This document shows, piece by piece, positions 51,364 through 64,000 of a stretch of DNA of 64,000 bases. Under the pieces are notes generated by a model. That model did no database searches and had not been told where the DNA came from. It saw only the letters and a list, made by a program, of their open reading frames with translations. This stretch comes from Lobosporangium transversale. Lineage: Eukaryota. The stretch lies in contig NW_019029018.1 in NCBI RefSeq assembly GCF_002105155.1, forward strand, positions 124,001-188,000. The letters run 5' to 3'. A program made the translations under genes and the position numbers. The number at the start of each line of letters is the position of its first letter. Positions within the stretch are counted from its first letter, which is position 1.

Positions 51364-53562
51364 ATGACTTGTTATAACAAACCACAACTACTTGAGCTCA
51401 ACCCTGAGATCACTATCCCAAACCTCGGAACAGTCAGAGGGACACTTGACAGAACAGGCAAAGTAGCTAGGTTCTTGAATGTCCCTGTAGCCACTGTACC
51501 TGTAAGATGGCGACCTGCTGTCAAAGCACAGCCATGGCAAGGCGTTCATGATGCTACAAAGCCTGGGTAAGGAGTGCTATTCTGAATGAAGGAACCGATG
51601 GCATAGAAGTTGCTTGTTGCACGATTAATATACTGAGATCTAACGCATTATTGCTTAAATAAATAAATAAATAAATAATAGCCCATTGCCACCACAGCAA
51701 ACGCGGTCTACTCAAAAGACATTTATCCTAACTGGGCAGCCACCAAAGCTCGACTACAATACTCATATGAGTGAATATGACTGCCTTGGCTGTAATATCT
51801 ACATGCCTGCTATTGCTGTCGCTGATTGTGCGGATCTGCCAGTACTCGTGTGGGTTTGTGCAGGCGGCTTTAAGAATGGAGGAGCTTCCTCTCCACTTTA
51901 CGGTAATCTAGTGAATGGAATAGTCGATTAAGAGGAGAATGCTGTTACATGAAGGGGATCTTCACCGATACAATTTTACTAATATGGTTACATTATGGTC
52001 GTGTAGATTGTACTCCTATCGTTGCAAATTCGATTGAGTTGCAAAAGCCGGTTGTGGTGATAAGTCTCAGCTACCGTATCAACTACCTTGGCTTCTTTAG
52101 TTCCAAGGAGATGGTGCTTGATGCTCAGGAGTATGCTTCTACCATCCCACCACAACATCGTACCTGGTATGATAGTTCCGTTGGCAACTGGGGACTCTTG
52201 GATCTGATCATGGGTCTCGAGTGGGTTCAAGAGCATATTAGTGCTTTCTCTGGTAATCCAAAGAGAGTGACTCTGATGGGTCAGTCCGCGGGATCAACGG
52301 CTGCATCATATTTCAACAGGATCCCTCAATGTCATGGTCTCTACCAACGTGTAATCATGCAATCTGGTGCAGTATCATTGCAGCCTCCTATACATCCTGA
52401 ATATGAGGGTCAGTATGTGTTTGACCAGTTGTGCCGATCACTTCGGATGCCAGATGGTCTGGGACCACTAGAGAAAGTAGCATGGTTACGTGCGGTGCCT
52501 GGAGAGACGATTGCAGAGCTGATGAATAATTGTCCTATCATCTCCTTCAGGCCTTCAATCGACGGTATTATCTGCAATGGAAGTGCACTCTTGGAGACAA
52601 GCGACTTCAAGAAGTATGATCCAAACTTGGAGTGGGTCATGACAGGGGCTGGGGTCGATGAAGGTGAGCAGAAACTTACTTTATTTCAAGTCTGATCTCC
52701 TAATGTCCATCTAATCTTTTATCCATACTGATCCCTGTTATGTCTTGTGCTCACCCTCTGCTTCGTTTTTATTTTTATTTTTATTTTATTTTTATTTTTT
52801 TTAAAAAAAAAAAAAAAAAAATGAATAGCCGGCTTATTCATACATGCATGCGCTGCAGCTACGCTAAAGGCTTTTCCGAGCTTCAAGAAACGTTGCTGTG
52901 CTCCGGACGATTATCATCTCTTTGATCAGCTATTTGGAATCCCAACGACAAACAAAGAGGCTTGGGAAATCTCCAAACGGATTCTGATATGCTACCTTGG
53001 TGAATATCCAATATACCAGACCTATGAAGCCATTACTGCTCATCCATCATGTCGTCTAAGTCGATATTTTTTCGAAAGAGAAGTCGAGAAAATGTACAAG
53101 GCGCTACCCGGCCTTGGTATCATCCATGGAACAGACCTCTTTTACACATTTGGCAACAACTCATATACACAAAGCTTCCTCAATGAAGATGAAAAGGCAT
53201 TTGCAAAGAAGGTTCAAGCAGTGTGGATCGAATTTGCAACTGCTAGATCTCCTGAGGAATCAGATTTGCCGAAAATAACTCGATCTACTTACTCTACTGC
53301 CTTTGATACAACAGCAGTCCGTAACGATCTTGAAGAGGGAAGGAAGAGTGAAGCCATCTCGTTTGCAAGGTCATTAGAGGTCACTAGGACCTCACATTCA
53401 CCTATAACCAGAATGTCGGACAGTGAGATCGATTTCTACCAAAGAACATATGCCTATGTTGCAGAGATGTCCCAGTGTGGCAGGGGAATGGACTTTGGTA
53501 TTCCTCCGATCCTTGATATCCGTACAACCATAGCGGCTAATGAGCCTGTAGCACGCATTTGA
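51364..53562 (+). CDS. Type-B carboxylesterase copy B; 4 exons, last exon starts 52829
   Basis: Same intron positions as copy A (offset 4003 bp through exon 3); VWVCAGGF, GQSAG, IHGTDL; frame intact after splicing. Confidence 0.92.
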
Positions 53563-54988
53563 TGAACTCTAGATACCTTGAGATTGTAATAAAGAGAATA
53601 AAGCAGATGCGGAGGGTTGCATCGCAAAGAAGAGAGAGAAGACGAATTGAGATCTATGACCCGTTAATGATATGCCTTCCAGAGATGTACAGAAAACTGT
53701 AGAATGAATGTCGTTAGTTTCGCATATTTAGTTTGGCAAATATACAAATATACAGAGTTATTTTGAAGTAAGCACTGGTTTTCGCCGGGGGGGTGGTTTC
53801 CGCTTTTGAACTCGACTAGTGATGTATCTACGCCCCAATATAAATATATTGGTAAGTGTCCTTACTCTTCTATGTACTATTCCAGAAAGCTCTTGATAGT
53901 GAATGCTTTTTGAAGTATATATTATTAGGTGATCACTTTTAACAAGAAATGAATAGTCATCTCATACTGTCTTTAAATATGGAGAAGTACATTATAGCGG
54001 CGGTAAAAAAAAAAACTTGCCAATGGGAACCACTAGCAACATTACCCGGCTTCACATACGCACCTTGGTGATAATGGCACCAAAATATCTACAGTGGTAA
54101 CGCATTGTTGTTGGTTGTGAAGTACATGTACGTGAATATGATGACTTACTGTTCAATTCTCATTTGTACCATCAACAGTGCTTCTAGAGGAAGAACCATG
54201 TAATTGTGGAATTAGCCCGGGAAATGCTCTAGATGACTCCTGAAAGAGGAAGCAATTAAACAAGAGCATGAAGATGAAGCCAAAGCCTTGACGCCACGAA
54301 AAGCTACCTTAGCCAATGAAAATGACGGAGTACAAAGCATATTTATGCATGCACTATAGTGCAGAGCACATTGGTGGCCAAACGGTGTCGTCTATCACAT
54401 TTTCATTAAAAGGGCTTGCGGCTGCGCACTCGATGGGAATCCCCAATTGTACCTCGAGCGCCATCACATAGTCCATGTTTGGAGCTCAGATTACGATTAT
54501 CAGTCCCATTTGGACAATAGTAATCTGTTAGGTGTATCCAGACTAGGATCATCAAAAACCAAGTTGGAAGAGGACGTGTCTTTATTCTTCGTATAGCAAC
54601 TACAGCAGCTAATAATCAGTTTTCTCAGAGCATTGTATCATAGAACATTATGTCACCATTGGTACACTAGTGCTACATTACACCAGTCAAATGCGCTACT
54701 GAAGATCATTACAGTAACAAAGCATAGAGCCTCGAACACGCCTTCGCCGTAGGATTGTGGATCGTTTTTTAAAAAAATTAAGTTAATTTCACTTTTGCCA
54801 TTGCCTGCCGCATTGCCAGGCAGGAAGCCACTGGACATATTATATATGAAATGACACGTCCTCGTTACATCCCGACATTACTGCTTATAAAAATCTTGTA
54901 TCTTCCTCTTTCCAAACCAACATCAGTTCTCCTTCTTCATTCCTACTGTCTTCATTTATTTGTTTTTTCTTAAATCCTCATTTCATCC

Positions 54989-56381
54989 ATGACTTGTTAT
55001 AACAAACCACAGATGCCTAAGCTCAACCCTGAGATCACTATCCCAAACCTCGGAACAGTTAGAGGGACACTTGACAGAACAGGCAAAGTAGCTAGGTTCT
55101 TGAATGTTCCTGTAGCCACTGTACCTGTAAGATGGCGACCTGCTGTCAAAGCACAGCCATGGCAAGGTGTCCATGATGCTACAAAGCCTGGGTAAGGAGT
55201 GCTATTCTGAACGATGGAGTCCATGCCATAGAAGCTGCTTGTTGTGCGATTATAGAGACTAAAATTTAAAGTATAATTGCTTAAAAGTCGATTGCCACTA
55301 CAGCAAACTAAGTCCTCTAAAAAGGTCCTTGTTTTAACTGGAAACCACCTGAATATCGATTACAATACACACATGAGTGAACACGATTGCCTTGGCTGTA
55401 ATATCTATATGCCTGCCATTACTGCTGCAAATTGCGCGGACCTGCCAGTGATTGTGTGGGTATGCGGAGGCGCTTTTAAGCATGGAGGAGCTTCCTCTCC
55501 ACTTTATGGTAATCTAGTGAATGGAATAGTCGATTAAGGAGAGAACGTTAGTACATGAAGAGAGCCTTTTTTTTTTTTTTTTTTAATACTAATATTACCA
55601 CTTAATACCCATGTAGATTGTACTCCCATTGTTGCAAATTCGATTGAGTTGCAAAAGCCGGTTGTGGTAATAAGTCTCAGCTACCGTATCAACTACCTTG
55701 GCTTCTTTAGTTCCAAGGAGATGGTGCTTGATGCTCAGGAGTATGCTTCTACCATCCCACCACAACATCGTACCTGGTATGATAGTTCCGTTGGCAACTG
55801 GGGACTCTTGGATCTGATCATGGGTCTCGAGTGGGTTCAAGAGCATATTAGTGCTTTCTCTGGTAATCCAAAGAGAGTGACTTGGATGGGTCAATCTGGG
55901 GGCGCAGCAATTGCATCTTACTTCAATATGATCCCTCAATGTCATGGTCTGTACCAACGTGTGATCATGCAATCTGGTGGAGTACCATTGGTGCCTCCTA
56001 TACATCCTGAATATGAGGGTCAGTATGTGTTTGACCAGTTGTGCCGATCACTTCGGATGCCAGATGGTCTGGGACCACTAGAGAAAGTAGCATGGTTACG
56101 TGCGGTGCCTGGAGAGACGATTGCAGAGCTGATGAATAACTGTCCGATCCTTGCCTTCAGGCCTTCAATTGATGGTATTATCTGTAAAGAAAGTGCACTC
56201 TTGGAGGTAAGCGACTTCAAGAAGTATGATCCAAACTTGGAATGGGTCATGATAGGGGACTGTGCCGATGAAGGTGATCATAAATTTGCTTTATTTCAAG
56301 TCTTATCTTCAATGTTGGCCTAATCTCTTGCAGGTTTTTGTTATGCCTTGTGCTCATCTTCTGCTTTTACTTCTATTTTAT

Positions 56382-56420
<39 letters not shown>

Positions 56421-57216
56421 TTGACCAGGCTCCATCTTTGTAGGCAGAGGCTGTCCAGCTGATATGGAGGCTTTTCCGTATTACAGGGAACGCTCCTGTG
56501 CTCCGACAGATTATCACCTCTTTGATCAACTATTTGGCGTCCCCACGACAAACAAAGAGGTCCGAGCAATCTCCAGCCACATTCTGAAATATCAAACTTA
56601 TGAATATTCAATTTACCAGCTCCATGCAGCCATAGCTAGTCTCCCATCATGTCATCTAAGTCGATATTATTTCGAAAGGGGAATCGAAAAGCTGGACAAG
56701 ATGATACCAGGCCTTGGTGTCTTCCATGGAGCAGACCTTTTTTACACATTTGGCAACAACTCATATACACAAAGCTTCCTCAATGAAGATGAAAAGGCAT
56801 TTGCAAAGAAGGTTCAAGCAGTGTGGATCGAATTTGCAACTGCTAGATCCCCTAAGGAATCAGATTTGCCGAAAATAACTCGATCTACTCACTCTACTGC
56901 CTTTGGTACAACAATGATCCATAACGGCCTTGGAGAAGAAAGGAAGAGTGAGGCCATCCTTTTTTCAAAGACATTAGAGGTCACTAGGACCTCACATTCA
57001 CCTATAACCAGAATGTCGGACAGTGAGATCGGCTTCTACCAAAGAGCATCTGCCTTTCATATAGAGATGTCCCGATGTGGTAGGATGGACCTTTGTATTC
57101 ATCCGTGGCTTGATATTCGTACATTCAAAGGAAGTAATGGATCCGTACCACGTACACCAGCCCAATCTTTACTATCATCATCTTCCTCCAAGATAAGGCC
57201 AGATAGTAGGATCTGA
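54989..57216 (+). CDS. Type-B carboxylesterase copy C; 4 exons, last exon starts 56429
   Basis: VWVCGGAF, GQSGG, FHGADL; frame intact after splicing, although the third donor (GTGATC) is weak. Confidence 0.9.
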
Positions 57217-58729
57217 ATGAAAGGGATAGTAGCACGCATTTGACGAACTCTACGCCCTCTGATTTACTCGCAAAAAAAAAGAGTAGTAGATGATAATGAT
57301 ACTAATAAAAAGTAGAAAGCTCTGTCGTAAGGAAATTGGAAAGTGGGGATTGTGGTGTAACATTATGTAATACATTTCCTTGATTTGCGATTTCATTAGG
57401 GTCCCTTACTGCATTTCGTTTACTGCACTAAGACCCGAGATATTAAGCAAACAATATCGAGGGAAAGAGGGTTATGCATCTGGAATGGGCGGCACTATTC
57501 CTTCGACCTCAGTCTCCTTGACATCAGTCATATTGAATGCATGGAGATAGATCTGAAGAAACGGGTTTATAAAATATCCGAGACGACCACAAATCTGTCA
57601 TAAGCTGCGGGTATGAATATATCTTGGATAGTAGACAGATATATGTCTCAGCCGTGAATAGAGACAATGATTAGGAGAGATGTATTCATAACGCAGAGAA
57701 TATTTGAACAGCCTCAGTCCACCAGGTTTCAAAACTGGAGTCAATCTGGCATTCTTAAGCTCAAAGTGTGAACTATGTAATGCTACTCGCATGGTTGTGC
57801 GAATGTTGATCCATCAAGGCTGGACTTAATTTTAAGGAAATTATGTCTCCGCTACTCTTGTCATATTCATCGATCTATTACCAAGACTATGTTAAATAAA
57901 AAACTACAGTATAATAATAAAGCATCCGAGTCTCTGATGGCTCATCCGTTAATTAGCACTAATACCTTAAAACTAACTTGTCCTGATCTTTAACCAAGTT
58001 TGGTACAGTGCTTGGAGTTGCCATCGATCTCTAGCTGTCACTTGTCTTGGACTCTCGGCTATATTTTTTCGCTTGACAAGCGCTCTTATCCGATCATACC
58101 CGGAATGATAAACATATGCTCGAAAGCGAAAGCTGGGCATGAAAAAGAACATTTGTCCTGGAACACCAACGGTAGTCCACACCGGTCAAGTTCATTGAAT
58201 AGACAAAAATAAGATCAGGAATTTGGGCACACAAAAACATTTGGGACCGTAATCTGTTAATGTTGGAAGCTGTACTATTGAGGCGAAAGAGGATGGCCTA
58301 GTTGTGATGAGAAACTCACAATGGGGATCTCAAAGTAGTGGCACAGCGTGACATTGGATAAGATATTCTGAGACCTCAAGCCCCTGTTGTTGAGTTTGTT
58401 TTAAGGTTATTAAATAAAAAGAAAGACCAGTCATGTCAAAGAGAACACATGGATATAGCTAATTATCCCTGGAGATAACGCCATCCTTGAGAGGGGCAAG
58501 CAGGGTCTCTTTTTCCTCTCTACTTCGCACTTCGCACTTCACACCTCAACACTCCACACTACACAGTTTTAGCCCTATTCTCCAAACATCATTCAGTATT
58601 CACACTTGTCTTTCATTTGTTTTGTTCTGCCCTGAAACGCTCATTCACATTCACTTGCTCCCATCCTTTAAAACCCTCGTCTTTTTTTTTTTTTTTTTTT
58701 TTTTCAACTTCCTTTGGCCCTTATCAAAC

Positions 58730-61176
58730 ATGGCTAACAACAAGGCGAAAGGCCGATCCGATCCACTATCGTCTGCAGAACAGGGCCAAGGCCGGGGTTC
58801 GCTGGGCGAAAACAATGACAATCTGCCACAGGAATGGACTGCTCTGCTTAGCCAACAGCGTCGTGCCTCACAGAATAATGGAGATAAAAGCAATGGAAAA
58901 CGTTCAACTAAACATGCATTGTCAGGTCATATGCGGAAGACCATCATTATTGCACTTACTTCGATCTCTGGTGTGCTTTTGGTGATTCTCGCAGTGACTT
59001 TAATTAATAAAATTGGTTCTGTACCAAGTAAGTGAAAGGCCCCAACATTCCCTCCCCCCCAAAAAAAAAAGAAAAAAAAAAAAAAAAAAAGAAACCTCCT
59101 CCTTTCTCTTTCTCCCCTCAACAAACTGGGTTTATAATGTAAAACGCCGTACTTATACTCTGACTTCAACTTGTTCCATAGCTTTTGAAAAGAGCACCCC
59201 TAGTCTAGTCAAGGCAAAGCACGGGGCTGTGGCCGCAGAGGAAATCCATTGCTCTGAAATTGGTGTGCAAGGTACATAGTTTTGTGATGTTTGCTTAATA
59301 TGGTTCTTCCCCACACACTGCATGCATGAATATTTCTGTGTTGTATGCGTGAGAAAAATCAATAGACTGACAATACACACCACACCTTTCATTGTATCCG
59401 CCATTTAGTCCTGAAAGACGGTGGTAACGCAATGGATGCTGCGATTGCCTCTTGTCTCTGTATTGGTACTGTTAATATGTTTTCAGCGGGTATTGGTGGT
59501 GGTGGGTTCATGACAATTCGTCTGCCGAACGGGACAGTTGAAGTGATTGACTTTCGGGAGACAGCGCCTGCGGGGGCCAGACCAGATATGTACAAGAATA
59601 ATCCTATCCTTGCGCAGAAGGGAGGCCTCTCTGTAGCCGTGCCTGGTGAAATTCGAGGCCTTGCTTTGGCTCACAGTCGTTATGGTAAACTGCCTTGGGA
59701 AAGATTGTTCGCACCATCAGTTAAGATGGCTAGAGAGGGCTGGGCTGTCGGACCGGAACTGGCGAGGCGTCTTCAGCTGTACAGGGTTTTGATGGAGACG
59801 GAGCCAGATTGGTCGGCCATCTTTGCGCCCAACGGTACTGTTCTTCGAGAGGGGCAGTGGATCAAACGTGAGGCGTTAGCAAATACACTGGAGACCATTG
59901 GCAAAGAGGGTGCCGACGCTTTTTACACCGGTCCCATCGCACAAAGCATGGTCGATCACATTAAGGCTAACGGTGGTATCTTGGACATGGCTGACTTGAA
60001 ATCCTATAAGCCCTTAATCAAAAAGCCAATGATTGGCTATTATCAAGGACGAAAAATTTACACTACACCAGCACCAACGAGTGGACCTGTATTAATCAGC
60101 ATCCTTAATATCCTGGAGCGATACGATTTGGGCCGATTCAAGGAGAATGCTAATGTGGAAGCTCACCGTCTTGTTGAAGCCATGAAATGTAAGCTTACTG
60201 TTTTTAAGACAAGGAGCTTTTATTCAGCATAAAATATAACTGCGCAGCAGCAAGCAATTAGTAATTAATTTTACTTTTCTCTATCTCCATGATAGTTGCC
60301 TACGCACAGAGGACAGAGCTTGGTGACCCCGATTTCACTGATCTAGAGGACAAGATCCAAAACATAATATCGAAAGACACTGCAGGCAAAATCCGTGCCA
60401 ATATTTCAGATGATCGCACGTTCCCTGTGGAATACTACAATCCTCATTGGGGACCTATTGATAACCATGGAACGACACACTTGTCAGCAGTTGATCAGGA
60501 TGATATGGCTGTGGCTCTGACTTCAACTGTGAACTTGATCTTTGGCTCAAAGCTGATGGATCCCAAGACAGGTATTATTCTCAACGATGAGATGGATGAC
60601 TTTTCGATTCCTGGTACCCCTAATGCGTTTGGACTATATCCTTCACCTTTCAATTACCCCGAACCTGGTAAACGCCCGCTGTCCTCGTGCGTACCTACCA
60701 TCGTTGAAAGAGATGGCAGCTTTGAGCTGGCTTTGGGAGGAAGTGGTGGCTCCAGAATTTTGACTTCTGTTCTTCAGGTAAAGGCTTTTTATTCTTTTAT
60801 TTTGTAGTGCATCATCACAACCGAATTGTTCAACAAGCTGAACCTTTTATTTTATTTTATTTTATTTTATTTTATTTTTTTATTTTATTTTTTGGTCTAT
60901 CAGATAATGCTGAACATCTATAATCACAGATATAATGTGATGGAAGCTATTGAGGCGCCGAGGGTTCACCACCAATTGATGCCCGATTTTCTAGATATTG
61001 AATCTGGATTCTCTTCATCCGACATTGAATTTTTGCGTGCACGAGGCCACAATGTCACTGTGTCGGATATTCGATTGGCCAAGGCTGAGGTGCAGGCTGT
61101 GCACCGATCAGAATTTGATGGGCTAATTCATGCGGCGAGTGATTCGAGGAAACATGGGATTGCAGCTGGCTACTAA
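58730..61176 (+). CDS. GGT1: Gamma-glutamyltranspeptidase (type II membrane); exons ~58730-59027, 59182-59271, 59410-60188, 60295-60777, 60904-61176
   Basis: N-terminal TM IIIALTSISGVLLVILAVTLI; GGNAMDAAIA, GIGGGGFM, IDFRETAP, VAVPGE; autocatalytic GTTHLS; NDEMDDFS, PGKRPLSS, GGSGG and ASDSRK. Confidence 0.95.
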
Positions 61177-62615
61177 GAGCATGTTGAATCAAATATTATA
61201 GACAAAATGCATGTGTCCAACTTCACACAAACATTCATCGTATCATAAATGTATATTTTTAGAGCTTAGTGCTGCTGCGTTTTAATAACAATAGTATAAT
61301 ATATTTATATAAATAAATACATATTCAAGGCATATTGTACTGTAGTTTAATTCATAAATATCTGCAGGTTTGAAAATGGATATTTGTTTTGTGAGCCAGG
61401 GTGCAATGGGCGTAACAGCAACAGGGGCCGTTTCCCGCACGTAAAAATCATGATCTATCAAAGCCCTGTGTCCCTTTCCCTTTTTTATGCTTTGGAATGG
61501 ATGAGATTCGATGGGACAAACAGACCGAGACCAGTCTCTTTCTTCTCTTGATGCCTTTATAAGTAAGAGTATGTACGTGACGTGGGTGTGCATTGGTAAA
61601 AAGAATGTGAGAACGATCTACAATTGAATTCGCTTTGACCTCTTTACATCTTGTGTGGGCCATTGGGAATGTTCTCTTGCAAAGCATGAATGGGCAGATG
61701 TGGCGCTGAAGCAATTGTCGGACTATGCTCTCGTGTGAAGTGTATGGATTGGACATTTCTAATCCAAGGATCCAAAGATAAAAAATAAAAATCGTGAGTT
61801 TTAAATGATTGCATGTGTTTGTGTTGAAGTTGGAGCACATGTGTTGCTTTCGGATCAAATCAATTGTTGGCTATGGGTTTGTCCATGTTAGGGAGTAGAA
61901 AATGAAAAAGAAAGCCAACAACTTGTCCGATAGTTGCTCGGGATTCTTTTTTATTTTTCCCCTTCATCCTTTCTTCCGTTTGTCCCGTTCTTGGTTTTAT
62001 TTCTTATTTTTTATTTTTTTTATGAATCTCACGATCTCAATTGCATCCTCGCTTGGACATTGATTGACGCATCAATTCGGTTATTCTCTCATTCCTTATC
62101 CTTTCCCCTTTCCGTCGTCCTTCACTTCCTCTCTTTTTCTCTCTTTCTTTCTATTCCTTTTTTTATTTTATTTATTGATTTCTCTGCTCTCTTCTCTCTC
62201 CTCTTCCTTTCTCAATCCCTGTCAAATCTATCGAGTTCTTTACTTTCTTTGCTTATATTCGCACCCAGACAGACAAACCAAAGGAAAAAAGTAAGCAAAG
62301 CACCGCAATGTGCTCTCACTTGGGTTGCACCATGTCCATATATACACACAAACAACAACAGCAATAGCAATCATAAATAAAATGACACTAATTCTATTCT
62401 TATGCATTCACTTTTTCACATTTCACAGACTTTGTTCAATTGCTTTATACATTACGGTTTCATCGCATTCCTCATCCTTTCTTTCAGTACATCTAGATCG
62501 CGTTTCTTCACCAACGAGGCGCGTCAAGAGCTTTTAGCCGCACCACTTTTTTTTTTTTTTTTTTTTTTTGCAATTTCGTTTTTACGGGATTGAGATACTC
62601 CTCCCGTTGGTTTGA

Positions 62616-64000
62616 ATGGACAAGCCCATCAATGGCGACAAGTATGTTCGCACGCTTTCTCACTACTTTCGCCACAATCAAAAGCGTCTTGTCCCAGTAG
62701 ATCCCGATGCCAGTAACGACACCAAAGGAATTACACAGGGTGCAAGAGAGAACAAGAGCAGCAGCAGCAACCACAGCAATAGTGTTGTAGGACAGAGTGT
62801 CCGCTCCATTATCACGCCTGCGGATCCCATGGCCGCTGCATATTCTGGCATGGTCAATTCGCTCTGGTCTGTGGGGAGTGCCGTCGTTGATTCATTAACT
62901 CCTTCGTCTACTCAGAGACCCCCAACAACGGCTCAGGATCGTGACTCGTATAGCGGAGCCTGGGATGGGACAGGGACAATTCCCGCAGACTCTAATCCGC
63001 GAGAACGACAGCTGTATCTTCAGGCCCAATTGAAAGCGCCGATCTTTCCTCTAGATTTATACTATCTCCTCTATTTGCTGGACCGATTTGAACTAGAGGG
63101 GATTGAAATTGAAGGATGGGAAGGGAGTGTCCCTCGAGCTGTCGGTGACTCGAAGCCACGTGTTCTGAATGCGAGCAATGGATCGACTTACTCGTCTTTC
63201 CCGCCCCCAAATGCTTCAACGCGTCCACAATCTATTCGGTCCTTCTCATCAACTGCTCTCTCAACCTTGACGCTCATCACAGGATGGAAACAATGGTCAA
63301 GTGCGGCGTCCTCGAACACAAACAACATGACCATCTCGGACGACGTTCACTTTATCCACAAGTTCTTGAAAAAGATTGCTGGTCTACGTCTCGTCGCAAA
63401 AATGGCTCCTGACCTTGATCCCGCTGGCAAGGGCAAGATTGAAGGCTATAATGCGCAAGAGATTTTAAATATACTGGCTGTCAACCCCTCAGACGACTCT
63501 TCTTCTTCTTCCTCGAGACGACAACAACAACAACGAGTCTTGCTCCCCTTGGCAGCCACATTCTCATCTCTGACTCATTTAGAGCTACATAAAATCCCAC
63601 CAAAGTGTGTTGATGGATGGGAGACTTTGATGCGTCAATTAAAGTCACTGGTCATTATTCAAGCTGGGCTGGAGGATGTTCACGATGCGATCGTTACAGC
63701 AGTGGTTGAGAGTGAGAGGCGCCGTCGAGAACGAATCTCTAAAGAGAAGAACCGGGCTGTTTTGATTCGACAGGAGCAACGAGAGGCACTAAAAGATTCA
63801 ACCTCAGTCACTATGGGCCGTCGTCATGGGCAAGGATCTTCTTCCGGATCATCCTCTTCTGGACCATCCTCACCCGAGAACTCTCAACCACCCTCACCAT
63901 CGTTAGCTGTTGATTTAAGCGGAGACGAAGCAGTAATATTGAATTCTATCGAAATGTGGCCAGTCCTGCGACACTTGTCTGTTTCTGATAATGCCATCCC
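62616..64000 (+). CDS. Leucine-rich-repeat protein, STK11IP/nischarin-like N-terminus (runs off the window end)
   Basis: Open frame from ATG 62616 (MDKPINGDKYVRTLSHYFRHNQKRL) with no stop seen to 64000; contains LDLYYLLYLLDRFE, DDVHFIHKFLKKIAGLRL, FSSLTHLELHKIPPKCVDGW..LMRQLKSL and the LRR start WPVLRHLSVSDNAI. It is absent from the ORF track because it has no stop. Confidence 0.75.
   Translation, partial: MDKPINGDKYVRTLSHYFRHNQKRLVPVDPDASNDTKGITQGARENKSSSSNHSNSVVGQSVRSIITPADPMAAAYSGMVNSLWSVGSAVVDSLTPSSTQRPPTTAQDRDSYSGAWDGTGTIPADSNPRERQLYLQAQLKAPIFPLDLYYLLYLLDRFELEGIEIEGWEGSVPRAVGDSKPRVLNASNGSTYSSFPPPNASTRPQSIRSFSSTALSTLTLITGWKQWSSAASSNTNNMTISDDVHFIHKFLKKIAGLRLVAKMAPDLDPAGKGKIEGYNAQEILNILAVNPSDDSSSSSSRRQQQQRVLLPLAATFSSLTHLELHKIPPKCVDGWETLMRQLKSLVIIQAGLEDVHDAIVTAVVESERRRRERISKEKNRAVLIRQEQREALKDSTSVTMGRRHGQGSSSGSSSSGPSSPENSQPPSPSLAVDLSGDEAVILNSIEMWPVLRHLSVSDNAI

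Noticed and set aside
53775..53852. GC patch plus CTAG and an AT palindrome as a Helitron 3' end
   Set aside because: The hairpin is weak and no 5' TC end or Rep/helicase remnant is present.
3098..61176. AMT, PTR2 and GGT as a nitrogen-scavenging cluster, or P450 plus esterases as a biosynthetic cluster
   Set aside because: The genes are ~25-30 kb apart, separated by unrelated housekeeping genes, and no backbone synthase is present.
3233..62774. Numerous short antisense/overlapping ORFs and poly-F/poly-K ORFs in the track
   Set aside because: They are shadows of real exons or translations of homopolymers and microsatellites.

Overview
Intron-rich fungal genomic DNA, most consistent with an early-diverging fungus of the Mortierellaceae type. 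That placement is an inference from the Crinkler N-terminal style, short GT-AG introns and abundant long A/T homopolymers. About 17 intact spliced genes can be built by hand: COQ6, an ammonium transporter, a Kel1/Tea1-like kelch/coiled-coil protein, a cytochrome P450, a small secreted basic protein, an NRAMP transporter, DMC1, a REX1-like exonuclease, an orphan acidic protein, PTR2, a GTPBP2-like GTPase, RPL24, three tandem type-B carboxylesterases, gamma-glutamyltranspeptidase and a window-truncated LRR protein. The most dynamic stretch is about 42.5-57.4 kb. It holds a decayed Crinkler (NTD-NTPase-REase-HhH) gene, a dead fourth esterase copy, a ~420 bp element with terminal inverted repeats, and an esterase triplet. 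Two esterase copies have identical introns yet differ in patches at the catalytic-pocket codons, which suggests gene conversion opposed by selection. A prohibitin pseudogene fragment missed by the ORF track lies at ~18.2-18.4 kb. All family calls come from motif recognition by eye; no database searches were run.
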